Positions 43,201-51,389 of a stretch of DNA of 64,000 bases are shown here, piece after piece. A model generated the notes under the pieces. The model saw only the letters and a program-made list of their open reading frames with translations. It ran no database searches and was not told the DNA's origin. The stretch is from a bacterium (GTDB lineage: Bacteria; Patescibacteriota; Minisyncoccia; UBA6257; WO2-44-18): contig JAUYMR010000042.1 in NCBI GenBank assembly GCA_030698695.1, positions 3,174-67,173 of the forward strand. Direction: 5' to 3'. Made by a program: the position numbers and the translations under genes. How positions within the stretch are numbered: position 1 is the stretch's first letter; each line of letters starts with the position of its first letter.

Positions 43201-43442
43201 TTTTCAACAACTACTATTGTGGTTTTTGATGGAGCAAAAAAATCAACAATGACGCTAACTGTATTTTTAGCGCCATCCACGACACCGCCGATTATTTCAT
43301 TTATTATTGTGGCCGATGACTGATCTAATCCTTGTACCCGATTCAATTGTCCGTCAGAAGCCGCTTGTGAATTAGAAAACAAAAACAGACCAATCGTTAG
43401 GCTAAAAAATATCAATCCTAAAATAACAATGTTTTTTATCAT
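37293..43442 (-). CDS. giant secreted/surface protein (2049 aa) with LVIVD beta-propeller repeats, tail-fibre-like repeats and a PAEEP-repeat C-terminus
   Basis: Signal/TM 'MIKNIVILGLIFFSLTIGLFLFSNSQA', then two blocks of recurring 'G[RNK]YAYV..LQIFDIS.P..' units (LVIVD-type). 'NGNVGIGTTSPYAKLS[VI]VG' is repeated three times, and modules around aa ~860-990 and ~1640-1770 are duplicated. The C-terminus is (EEPAPA)n. Confidence 0.85.
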   Translation of the reverse strand: MIKNIVILGLIFFSLTIGLFLFSNSQAASDGQLNRVQGLDQSSATIINEIIGGVVDGAKNTVSVIVDFFAPSKTTIVVVEKPISPVSSVGVDIKQTTNVSSSLSVANNYLAQAQTQITDLNPTSPTIPDIYDINSLEFVSSQNQTQQNQAPIFKPRTWPTLGEIFDSALLKAKNIFYAIGEWFTSSDADIVIDSGQDSPDTNIQNVTTSNNLLIQSQLQPTTTTIIREVSSGLLASNELLSRLSLLESQIGLLQVQNENKSEAIAELNKSLALSNRINSLGSVGDTNYLTISSPTINSPNITSPNFTNTISSLSVDSLTVSGTASITNGITNFTGTLGTTTITNLIVSNTSTSTFSGILSAATTTLSGSLTLGSLSGDPSGVGNGTLYYSTDTNGLRAYVNGAWGGVGGWGDNGTVVVLDTLTDSVGIGTSTPNNKLQIAATTSPQLLLTDIGGGTDLKHVYASSSAGALAFGILNDSLSTYTEWLRISNNGNVGIGTTSPYAKLSVVGEIVGAYFTSTTTATSTFAGPIAAATTGTGDLIVSGATTTGKLLLNPYGGQVLIGTSTLATTAEAKNSRLVVWGNIFNPATSTPTLVGSASATAPYDLSIVGRYAYVVGTGETLQIFDISTSSPALVSTLTLDTNPRTIYIAGNYAYIATDISFQIVDISNVKNPIIVSTTTLNIAQGLFVSGRYAYVGDSTIPLRVFDISNPTNPILTDSVAGNANPKSIFVSGKYVYMVNWNASKLAIYDASDPYDVVKISTYSFVTSNTGEIYVNNGYAYVTHYTDSKLYIFDVSDPYVTPVLLSSIDTETNPNGLSVSGRYAYVINYGANSLQTIDVSNPLSPVVVSTITIGANPSAVKVAGRYAYALSSSSGLQVYDISGIETTSAIVHSLEAGDLQVRNSVNISGNLNVYSGLNVGYGGVLSDGPIAVSASSTRDIISASFGNRVSIGTSTPYARLTVWGSGTGTGNLLQLVNNASTSVMTVLNNGNVGIGTTSPYAKLSIVGQVAAEYFTATSTTATSTFMGALGVGTSTPAEKFALSGRLYVGGTGTSTIENNLLVRGTLQVGTGTTYITSGGISSSGNLALTTSSGSLQFGSMIASTTAASTISGPGSPLTANNIGGDGDYVSGCLDYRIYSFKTVSGTVIYSSDYIETDSSKCDVDFWVAMTWNASDDPDVEGYRILRNIDSAGYSDYYDHTDLVNLGMIDDNTLGIFARDPDDFTKGSSLGTWTSGSTVTPTSVGGGLNTIPALTINNNGQLLIGTSTVATNVKDRLVVWGNIFNPATSTPSLLGYATLDDGVQSQEMAISGKYAYLTNSNGGNILVFDISTTSPAQVATVALTGGGPNPVSITIAGRYAYVMDQINTSLVIIDISDPLRPAIISSTNTGGGNGVTVVGGRAYIFGNSPSLAVWDITNPIAPNLVSTMDFSNNMRGAKVLGRYLYVLDGGNNALAKVDISTSTPAVIGSAPINMNAVTNNDLEVVGNYAYVTSDGGDDPLLEIFDISTSSPAKVSQLANAFRRPAGIKVRGRYAYVIAGKAFDDIASMHIFDVFDPASPVLIGSASTTNPNPESFDISGRRLFIGPQTGGSGTRVLEVRDISGIETVAANIHSLEAGEARIYKDVEIGGRLQVGGGVNIGTNGLLSAGPISVVATSTSLGNVTSATFGNRVAVGTTTPYSQFSVWGAGTGTGQLLQLVNNASTTIMTVLDNGLIGIGTTSPGGTLSIDNTNNNTLPALLINASGSDEGNTAISIAANDQCRDTNSLGDCVLNDLAELYPTSEALTGGDVVMFDGSSPAHISKATGPEKLAGVISTSPAIVFEGSHIKALSGFYSPDPDKAPLALSGRVPVKVNLENGPIVIGDPLTISSEAGVAKKANQAGRILGYAISNFDGPTEENHSKVLMFVNLTYWMPVSLESPVNQENSSLNLEGDGLVAQIINIVANWLRDALVTIKELIVGKLEVGSSSAPTGITLYDTETNQPYCLFVRNGLAETTSGVCSSLIQSQPESTEEPAPAEESAVEEAPAEEPAPAEEPALAPEEPAPAEEPTP

Positions 43443-43548
43443 TAACTAGCGCGTATTAAAATGATTATTTGCTTTCTATGCTTCTGCTTATAATTATAGC
43501 AAACTTAAGGCTTTTAGATCATTCATCTTGTGTGGATAACTTGATCGC

Positions 43549-46152
43549 CTACTTATTTCTATAAATCCATTTTCCAAATTCTATCAATGCGATATTGATA
43601 AAGCTGACTATCGCGACACCCCATAACCAACTTGGCGGCAAAGTAATCGTACCCAATAATCCTTGGAAAAATGGCACATAAACAGCCACAGCCATCAAGA
43701 CAAATCCTAACAATATGCTGAATATTATATATGGATTGGAAAATAGATTAATAGAGAAAATACTATGACTTAAACTGCGTACCGCCAAAATAGCAAACAA
43801 AGTATATGTTCCGAAAACCGTAAAAGTGAAGGTGTTAACCAATTTTTCTTCAAAGCCCAAATGAGTTAATCCGGCATAAATAATAAGCAACAAAACGCTG
43901 GTTAATACGCCGATGATCATTATTAAAAACTTCATTTCCGAATCTAATAGTCCCTTGGGAATCTTTGGCGGCTTCTGGCCTAAACGATCATGTCCGTCTT
44001 CAAATGCTAAAGCTATTCCGGGGAAACTATCAGTGAAAAAATTAACCCATAAAATCTGTAAAGGATTCAACGGCATTCCCAGCCCCAACGCCAAAGCCCC
44101 GCCTATCAAAATAACGGCGTCTAAAGAATCTGATAGTAGGTAGACAATTGCTTTACGAATATTGGCCAATATTCTCCGGCCTTCGTTGATGGCCTCTACA
44201 ATAGTTTCAAAATTATCATCAAGCAAAACCAAATCCGCCACATCTTTCGCCACGTCAGAACCAGAACCCATCCCGACTCCGATGTCCGCCTCTTTCAAGG
44301 TCGGCGCATCGTTGATTCCATCCCCCGTCATAGCCACCGTGGCGCCGCTAGCTTGATAAGCCTTGAGAATTCTTAATTTTCCTTGTGGGCTTATGCGAGA
44401 AACTATTTTTAAATTATCTAATTTTGATTTCAAAACCTCGTCACTCAAAGATTCTAATTCAGTGCCGTCAATCACTTGATCTGGGTTAATCACAAAACCA
44501 ATTTCTCTGGCTACTGATACAGCTGTCCCCATGTGATCACCGGTTATAATAACGACCTTAACTCCGGCGCTGGTGACGCGCTCCATGGCATCTTTGACTT
44601 CAGACCTCACCGGATCACGAAAAGAGATTGTCCCCAAAAAATCAGCTCCCTGAAAATTATTTCTATCGCTTAACGAAACCTTGCTCGTCAACTTCTTAAC
44701 TGCCACTGATAATACTCTGTCGCCACCATAAGCCATTTTATCAACTGCGGATAAAACTCTCTTTCTTTCTTCGGGCGTTAAATCAGCATATTTCAATATT
44801 ATCTCCGGCGCCCCGAATAGACTTAATAGATATCTATCATCGTTATTGTATTTAATGATTGACGCTGAAAATTTATTAGCTGAACTAAATGGCAAGTAAT
44901 CAACTACTTTTATATCTTTTTTTAGTTTGGGTAAAATAATATTTCTTCTAGCAGCCGCTTTGACAGCCGCTATCTCTAAAGGACGACCGATAATCTGCCA
45001 ATTGTCTGGAAGATCGTTGGGATTTTCTATAACCACGTCGCTATTAACAATGGCGAGTTCTATAATTTTATCGCTGATGTTTTCTCCTTTATCATGATCA
45101 CTAAAAACAGTTACGCGCGACAAATCCATTTTAGCCTGAGTTAAAGTTCCAGTTTTATCAGTTAACACGATGGATGTACTGCCCAACGTCTCGGCCGCCA
45201 ACAATTTTCTAACAATCCCCCTCTTGCCGGCTAAACGCTGAACACCTATCGCCAAAATCACCGTCAATACCACCGGCAAACCTTCGGGCACAGCCGAAAC
45301 CGCCATAGCCACCGCTATCAAAAACATATCAAAAACCGATTGCCCACTATAAACGCCCAAACCGAAAATAAGAGCTGTCAAGCCCAATAGAAAAAACCCT
45401 ATCCGCCAACTTAAACGCGCGACGCTTCCCTGTAGCGGAGTCTTTTCTCTCTCCGGCCTACCAACCAATAAAGCGATTTTTCCGATTTCGGTGTGCCGCC
45501 CAGTGGCCGTCACTACTGCATTGCCGAAACCCTGCACTGCTACTGTTCCGCTGAAAATCATTGATTGTTGGTCGGCTAACACAGTTTCAAAACTCATTGA
45601 TTCAACCGATTTAGGAACTGGCAAAGATTCACCGGTCAAAATAGATTGATCAACTTGTAAATCATTGGCGTAAATAATGCGCCCGTCAGCCGGTATTCTA
45701 TCTCCCTGTGATAAATGGATGATATCTCCAGGCACTAATTCAGTAACATCAACTTCTAATTCACGATTGTCGCGGAATACCCTAACGCGCTTTTCAATAT
45801 ATGTCCTCAAATGATCTAGGGCTTCTTCGGCTTTGTTTTCCTGATAGAAGCCAAGAACCGCGTTAACGAACGCCGCGGCTAAAATAAAAATTGTGTCTTT
45901 AAAGTCCTCTAAAAATAAAGTTATAGTGCCGGATATTAGAAGCAAAATAATAAAAGGGTTTTTAAATTGCCTCATAAAAATCTTTAATTTGGTAATTTTA
46001 CCCTTTTCTGGTAATTTATTTACACCAAAAAAGGACGAGCGCTGATTGACATCTTCGTGGGATAAACCGAAAGTGGTTGTCTCTAGCATATTCAAACACT
46101 CTTCCGCTGGTAGCGCCCAAAACGATCTCTTTAAAATTTCTTTGGTAATCAT
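43549..46152 (-). CDS. P-type ATPase, cation-transporting (Ca2+/Mg2+-type, P2)
   Basis: 'DKTGTLT' phosphorylation motif, 'TGDHMGTA', a 'GDGINDAP' hinge and 10 TM helices in 867 aa. Confidence 0.9.
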   Translation of the reverse strand: MITKEILKRSFWALPAEECLNMLETTTFGLSHEDVNQRSSFFGVNKLPEKGKITKLKIFMRQFKNPFIILLLISGTITLFLEDFKDTIFILAAAFVNAVLGFYQENKAEEALDHLRTYIEKRVRVFRDNRELEVDVTELVPGDIIHLSQGDRIPADGRIIYANDLQVDQSILTGESLPVPKSVESMSFETVLADQQSMIFSGTVAVQGFGNAVVTATGRHTEIGKIALLVGRPEREKTPLQGSVARLSWRIGFFLLGLTALIFGLGVYSGQSVFDMFLIAVAMAVSAVPEGLPVVLTVILAIGVQRLAGKRGIVRKLLAAETLGSTSIVLTDKTGTLTQAKMDLSRVTVFSDHDKGENISDKIIELAIVNSDVVIENPNDLPDNWQIIGRPLEIAAVKAAARRNIILPKLKKDIKVVDYLPFSSANKFSASIIKYNNDDRYLLSLFGAPEIILKYADLTPEERKRVLSAVDKMAYGGDRVLSVAVKKLTSKVSLSDRNNFQGADFLGTISFRDPVRSEVKDAMERVTSAGVKVVIITGDHMGTAVSVAREIGFVINPDQVIDGTELESLSDEVLKSKLDNLKIVSRISPQGKLRILKAYQASGATVAMTGDGINDAPTLKEADIGVGMGSGSDVAKDVADLVLLDDNFETIVEAINEGRRILANIRKAIVYLLSDSLDAVILIGGALALGLGMPLNPLQILWVNFFTDSFPGIALAFEDGHDRLGQKPPKIPKGLLDSEMKFLIMIIGVLTSVLLLIIYAGLTHLGFEEKLVNTFTFTVFGTYTLFAILAVRSLSHSIFSINLFSNPYIIFSILLGFVLMAVAVYVPFFQGLLGTITLPPSWLWGVAIVSFINIALIEFGKWIYRNK

Positions 46153-46243
46153 ATTTTGTATAGATGTTGCAATAATATCTTAATTCATTATATATTGTTA
46201 ACTGATTCATTGAAACCTAAAAACCCCAACGGAGGATGCGCTT

Positions 46244-46867
46244 ATGTCTGACAGGAAGCATGGCCAATTAACAGTTGTCGCCGGAACGATGTTTTCCGGA
46301 AAAACAGATCGTTTGATTGATAAAGCTGTGAAGCTCGGCGACTACGGCAAAAAAGGCGGCAGGAATAATGTGGTGGTCGTCTTTAAGCCAACTATTGACA
46401 CTCGTAGCCCTGCCGGCTTTATCAAAAGCGAAACTGGCAAACAACTTCCGTGTATAGATATTGCATCCGATAAACCGGAGAATATGATCTCCTATCTCAA
46501 AGATCATTCAGATGTCACTCATGTGTTTATTGACGAAGCTCAGTTCTTCCCCCAAACCAAAAAATTCGTAAGAATTATTATTTACATCTTGGATATGGGG
46601 GTGGACGTGTGGGCCGCCGGCTTACCTTTAGATTTTCGTTGTGAACCATTTGGAGCTATGCCTTATTTGCTGGCTAGAGCCGATATTATCATTCAACTGA
46701 ACGAAGCTCACTGCAATGAATGTGGGGAGTCTGGTACTTTCCCTCAACGCTTGGTCAATAGCAAACCAGCTAATTACAATGATCAGCTGATTGTTGTTGG
46801 CGGCAAAGATTCTTATGAAGTGCGTTGTCGGGAATGTCACGAGCTCCCCGGCAAACCAACATTTTAA
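46244..46867 (+). CDS. tdk: thymidine kinase
   Basis: P-loop 'GTMFSGKT', 'VFIDEAQFF' and a C-terminal Zn ribbon (CNECGES..C..CH). Confidence 0.9.
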   Translation: MSDRKHGQLTVVAGTMFSGKTDRLIDKAVKLGDYGKKGGRNNVVVVFKPTIDTRSPAGFIKSETGKQLPCIDIASDKPENMISYLKDHSDVTHVFIDEAQFFPQTKKFVRIIIYILDMGVDVWAAGLPLDFRCEPFGAMPYLLARADIIIQLNEAHCNECGESGTFPQRLVNSKPANYNDQLIVVGGKDSYEVRCRECHELPGKPTF

Positions 46868-46876
46868 AAACAACAC

Positions 46877-46903
46877 AGCCCCGATATATCGGGGCTATTT
46901 TTT
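46877..46903. terminator. bidirectional rho-independent terminator (tdk / convergent membrane-protein gene)
   Basis: Palindrome agccccgata|tatcggggct is flanked by an A-run and a T-run. Confidence 0.75.
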
Positions 46904-46909
46904 AGGTCT

Positions 46910-47692
46910 TCATCTATGGTCGTCATCAAAAAATTCGTAATAAGACAACACGCAAATTGCCGCCATAATAAACCACGCAAAAAATTCTTCAAAAGGAAAT
47001 CTGTAACCGAATAATTCCACCCAACCGACAAAATTATCACCGGGAAACGCCCACTGTCCCAATTCCAAACCAGTTAATTCAAATAATAAAGCTATCAAGA
47101 AAAAATAGGCGGCAGTTTTAACATACTTGGAAAGCAATCTCGGAAAGAATGATAAAAAGGTTATTGACGGCAATATGGAAACTATTATTAAAATCCATAA
47201 ATAAGCATAACGCATCATTAACAATCCCGGATTAATTAACCAAATTATCAAAAACGTTATAAAAATGACAATCAACGGCCATATCAGATATTTCATTCGC
47301 CTATCCACCAGTTGCTCCCTGCCCTTATCCAAAAAATGTTCATAAAAAATGATGATATTGTAAATCAAAAAGAAAAACCAAACCAAATCTTCAATCGGCA
47401 CAATGTCAAAAAAACGGAAAGGAAGAACCGTGACCGGAACAAGCCATGAGCCACTCAAAGTGCCAATATAATCCAAAATAATACCAACCGGAATTGAAAA
47501 GATTAAAGAAAATATTAAAGTTTTTAAGATTGTTGATGGGGTTCTGATGGAAAGCCATAATGATGGCAATCCCAAAAACAACAATGTTGATATTAAAAAA
47601 TTGGCTCTGATAGCCAACGACAACACAACTGCCAATACTGGGAAAAAAATTAATAAAACAATATCAAGCTTCTTCAATAACGATTCATTCAT
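46910..47692 (-). CDS. polytopic membrane protein with two lycopene-cyclase-domain-like (CrtYcd) repeats
   Basis: About 8 TM helices with two 'hPhEE' motifs (DIVPIEDLVWFF, YRFPFEEFFAWF) characteristic of heterodimeric-type lycopene cyclase domains. Confidence 0.45.
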   Translation of the reverse strand: MNESLLKKLDIVLLIFFPVLAVVLSLAIRANFLISTLLFLGLPSLWLSIRTPSTILKTLIFSLIFSIPVGIILDYIGTLSGSWLVPVTVLPFRFFDIVPIEDLVWFFFLIYNIIIFYEHFLDKGREQLVDRRMKYLIWPLIVIFITFLIIWLINPGLLMMRYAYLWILIIVSILPSITFLSFFPRLLSKYVKTAAYFFLIALLFELTGLELGQWAFPGDNFVGWVELFGYRFPFEEFFAWFIMAAICVLSYYEFFDDDHR

Positions 47693-48016
47693 AATCTATA
47701 CGCTAATTTTAACCGATTTTATTTCTTTAGAATACACAGTCGGAAAATTTGTTTATTATATCGCTATCGTTAAAAATCTAAACTTTAGATAATATTTTCA
47801 ACATAGTAACTTTTCACGCGGAGCGGCCCTATCCACATCTTAAACGGGCACATAAACTTAGTCGAAATATATCTTACACATTTGTTTGTAATTAAATACT
47901 TGTTTATAAAGGCACGTCCGGAACCAGACTTAAAATATTTCTTAAACTCAAAAGATTTATATCTACCATCAACGGCAAAGTAAAATCCTAAACTTACAGG
48001 CAGACGATCAATTTAG

Positions 48017-48062
48017 AATATATAACACTTATATTACGATCGTCAAATAAGTGTTATATATT
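48017..48062. repeat. 16-bp perfect inverted repeat with 14-nt spacer containing a nested 8-bp palindrome
   Basis: aatatataacacttat-attACGATCGTcaa-ataagtgttatatatt. Confidence 0.6.
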
Positions 48063-48147
48063 TCCAAATATATCCACGCCATAAATAAACTATATACTTA
48101 AAACATAAAGGTATTATGACGAGGGGCCTCCTTAGCGAACTCACTAG

Positions 48148-48234
48148 CGGAAGCGGGAGGATTCGAACCTCCGAGGCCCTTTCGGACCTTCCGGTTTTCA
48201 AAACCGGTGCATTCGGCCTCTCTGCCACGCTTCC
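48148..48234 (-). tRNA. tRNA-Ser (TGA), long variable arm
   Basis: rc = GGAAGCGTGGCAGAGAGGCCGAATGCACCGGTTTTGAAAACCGGAAGGTCCGAAAGGGCCTCGGAGGTTCGAATCCTCCCGCTTCCG, with discriminator G. Confidence 0.85.
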
Positions 48235-48335
48235 CACTCGTTTAAAATATCATTTTCTTTGATTTTAGAAAAGACATGATACAATTAATGTAATCCCTCG
48301 TCGCTTCGCTTACTCGGGATGATTGAAATCCTAAA

Positions 48336-49673
48336 ATGCAATTAAACATTATAAAAATTTCTAATCACATGAAAAAAATATATTTACTAACAATCATAGG
48401 AATTTTATTAATAACCGCTTCGGTTTCAGCCGCCAACGAAGAAAAGTCTTATATTTTAAGTTTCGCCAATGATCCGACAGCTGGAACAGCCCTTAATCCA
48501 CAATTCGCCATTCCCCTGCCGGCAGAGATTACAATCATCAACGCGCCAGATAACGCCGCTTTCTCGGATTCCATACTTTATCTTATCGGTCCAGAAACTA
48601 TAATACCTGGTTCATCTTGGGATATTGAAATAACCATATCCGGCCCCGCCGAAATTCTTGATAATCTTAACAACAAGGAGCTTGCTTATGGCTGGCAGGA
48701 TGAAAATTTTATCGGCGAGGGACGAGTTGTTTTGATGATGGTCGGACAACCAAATTTTATCCAGACGCTTAGATCAAATGTTCAAATTCTAAGCCAGATT
48801 AAAAAAGTTGGTGTTCCACTAGCTATCGGCTTAGGCGGCGTCGGAGTAATTTCTTTGGGAATAACCGCTGTTTCCACTAGCGCTTCGTTAGCATTTAATT
48901 TGGCTGAATTTTTACGCTATTTGGCGTTTGGTTTTCTTAGATTTAAGAAGCGCAAACCTTGGGGCACGGTTCATAATGAAATAACTAGCAGTCCGGTCGC
49001 TGGCGCTTTGGTCAAAATTTTTGATACTAAAACGCAAAAGCTAAAAGAAACCCAGCTAACCGACAAAGACGGCCGTTTTGGTTTTCTGGTGCAACCGGGA
49101 GATTATTATATCAAAACATCTCGTCATGGTTTCATAGAAAATCAAAGCGATGTTTTTAAAGTTGTTGAATCCGAAGTTATGACCGATATTAATGTCCCTC
49201 TTTTACCTCTAGCCGCCGACACTAAAACAACCGCCGCCGTCTGGCACGCCATCAAACATTTCATTACCACCATCAGCCCCTACGTCTTAGCTCTGGGGAG
49301 CATCTTGAGCGCCGCCATTGCCATTATCGTTCCCAGTAAAGTAAACATCGGCATATTGATAATCTATGTCGTGATAGACATTATTAAAATTATTATTTCT
49401 ATTCAAACCATTAGACCCTTTGGCTTGGTTGAAGATCAAAAAACCGATAAAACTCTTGATTTAGCAGTTGTCAGAATATTTGATTTGCAAAAAAATTGGC
49501 TCCTCAACACCAAAGTTACCGACCTAGATGGCAAATTTGATTTCTTGGTTATGCCGGGATCATATTACCTAACCGCCGCCAGGGATGGCTACCAGCCATT
49601 CCATTCCAAAGCAATAAAAATCACCGAATCGGGTCTTATCAATCTTGATATTAAATTGGCTGGCGAAAAATAA
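48336..49673 (+). CDS. membrane protein with two carboxypeptidase-regulatory-like (CarbopepD_reg/Ig-like) domains
   Basis: Signal peptide, then 'TDKDGRFGFLVQPGDYYIKTSRHGF' and 'TDLDGKFDFLVMPGSYYLTAARDGYQP' motifs, each preceded by TM segments. Confidence 0.45.
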   Translation: MQLNIIKISNHMKKIYLLTIIGILLITASVSAANEEKSYILSFANDPTAGTALNPQFAIPLPAEITIINAPDNAAFSDSILYLIGPETIIPGSSWDIEITISGPAEILDNLNNKELAYGWQDENFIGEGRVVLMMVGQPNFIQTLRSNVQILSQIKKVGVPLAIGLGGVGVISLGITAVSTSASLAFNLAEFLRYLAFGFLRFKKRKPWGTVHNEITSSPVAGALVKIFDTKTQKLKETQLTDKDGRFGFLVQPGDYYIKTSRHGFIENQSDVFKVVESEVMTDINVPLLPLAADTKTTAAVWHAIKHFITTISPYVLALGSILSAAIAIIVPSKVNIGILIIYVVIDIIKIIISIQTIRPFGLVEDQKTDKTLDLAVVRIFDLQKNWLLNTKVTDLDGKFDFLVMPGSYYLTAARDGYQPFHSKAIKITESGLINLDIKLAGEK

Positions 49674-51201
49674 CTCCCAACAAACTATTACCTATCATAG
49701 TTTGAGGTTTGGCTAATTCTAATAATTCTAAGATGGTGGGGGCAACATCGGGCAAAATCCCGCCTATGTTTATTTTCATATCAGCCGCCCCCTCCCCTTG
49801 TCTATCTTTAGTTACCAACCAAAGGGGCACCGGATTAACTGAATGTTCGGTGTCTATTTGTCCAGTCTCCGGATTAATCATTTCCTCGCAATTCCCATGA
49901 TCTGCGGTAATAATTAAAGCCCCCCCAACATCCAAAACCTCTTTGCTAATGGCTCCGATACATTCATCAACCGTTTCCATAGCTTTAATACTCGCCGTCA
50001 AATTGCCGGTATGGCCGACCATATCGCCGTTAGCAAAATTCACCACAATAAAATCATATTTATTTTCTTTTATCGCCACTATCAATCTTTGCGTAATTTC
50101 ATAAGCTCCCATTTCTGGTTTTTTGTCATAACTATCAACTTTGGGCGACGATATTAAAATCCTATCTTCACCCGGAAACGGCTTTTCTCTACCGCCATTG
50201 AAGAAATAAGTAACGTGGGCATATTTTTCCGTTTCGGTAATATGTAATTGTTTTTTGTCAGCGGACGAGATAATTCCCGCCAATGGTTGCAAAACGTTTT
50301 CCGGCTTAAAGACAACAGGGATTTTAAACTGTTCATCATACTGGGTCATTGATAATAAAAATTTATCGTCGGACGCGTATTTAATAAACTCGGCTGTTAA
50401 TTGTCTCGCGCGGTCGGGACGAAAATTGAAAAACACAACAGCATCCCCGTCTTTAATCGGACCTATAGACTGTTTATTCTCATCTACTATAACACTGGGC
50501 TCAATGAACTCATCCGTCTTTTTATTATTGTAAGCATTGTTTATAGCTTCCATGACATCGGTATACTGATCCCCCTTGCCCAAAGCTATTGATTCATACG
50601 CCGCCTGCGTTCGTTCCCAACGCTGATCACGATCCATGGCATAATAACGACCGCATACGGAAGCTATAGTCCCTATTTTTAATTCTTTAATTTTATTATT
50701 CAACTCTTCAATAAAAGTTGGCGCTGATTGTATCGGCGCGTCACGTCCATCGGTAAAAATATGAATAAATACTTGCCTGGTAAATTTCTTGTCAGCTAAT
50801 AATTTTAAGATTGCAAATAAATGATTATAGTGAGAATGGACTCCTCCATTGGAAAGTAGGCCGACTAAATGAACAGCGGATTGATTTTTATTGGCATGGT
50901 CAATGACTTGTCGCCAGACTTCAAAATCAGAAAATTCATTGCTAGCAATTGATTGATTAATCTGCGACAGATATTGGTACATTATTGATCCAGAACCTAT
51001 GGCCGTATGTCCGACCTCAGAATTACCAACCTCTCCCCAAGGAATGCCGACAGTTAAGCCAGCCGCCTGCAGAGCAGTGCCGGGATAAATCTGACTAATC
51101 TTTCGCAAATTAGGCAACTTGGCCATAGCCACGGCATTGCCCTTTTCCTCTACAGACAATCCAACGCCGTCCATTATTACTAAAACCAGCGGCTTATACA
51201 T
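49651..51201 (-). CDS. gpmI: 2,3-bisphosphoglycerate-independent phosphoglycerate mutase
   Basis: 'VLVIMDGVGL', catalytic Ser region, 'ITADHGN' and a metalloenzyme fold of 516 aa. Confidence 0.92.
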   Translation of the reverse strand: MYKPLVLVIMDGVGLSVEEKGNAVAMAKLPNLRKISQIYPGTALQAAGLTVGIPWGEVGNSEVGHTAIGSGSIMYQYLSQINQSIASNEFSDFEVWRQVIDHANKNQSAVHLVGLLSNGGVHSHYNHLFAILKLLADKKFTRQVFIHIFTDGRDAPIQSAPTFIEELNNKIKELKIGTIASVCGRYYAMDRDQRWERTQAAYESIALGKGDQYTDVMEAINNAYNNKKTDEFIEPSVIVDENKQSIGPIKDGDAVVFFNFRPDRARQLTAEFIKYASDDKFLLSMTQYDEQFKIPVVFKPENVLQPLAGIISSADKKQLHITETEKYAHVTYFFNGGREKPFPGEDRILISSPKVDSYDKKPEMGAYEITQRLIVAIKENKYDFIVVNFANGDMVGHTGNLTASIKAMETVDECIGAISKEVLDVGGALIITADHGNCEEMINPETGQIDTEHSVNPVPLWLVTKDRQGEGAADMKINIGGILPDVAPTILELLELAKPQTMIGNSLLGVIFRQPI

Positions 51202-51258
51202 ATAAACAATTATAGCACTCTTGAGTTATCTTCCAGAACGGGTAGAATATAAACTATC

Positions 51259-51332
51259 GCGGGTATCGTATAGTGGCAATACCTCAGCTTTCCAAGCTGA
51301 AGCCGGGGGTTCGATTCCCCCTACCCGCTCCA
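51259..51332 (+). tRNA. tRNA-Gly (TCC), CCA encoded
   Basis: GCGGGTATCGTATAGTGGCAATACCTCAGCTTTCCAAGCTGAAGCCGGGGGTTCGATTCCCCCTACCCGCTCCA. Confidence 0.88.
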
Positions 51333-51389
51333 GATATCGCCCGTCCATAACGAGATTGACTTTGCTATTAAATCATCCTAAGATAAGAC

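Noticed and set aside
47920-47960. SRP-RNA-like 'GTCCGGAA' motif in the long intergenic region
   Set aside because: Only an 8-nt match to the 4.5S domain IV. The flanks do not form the conserved helix, and the region is AT-rich.
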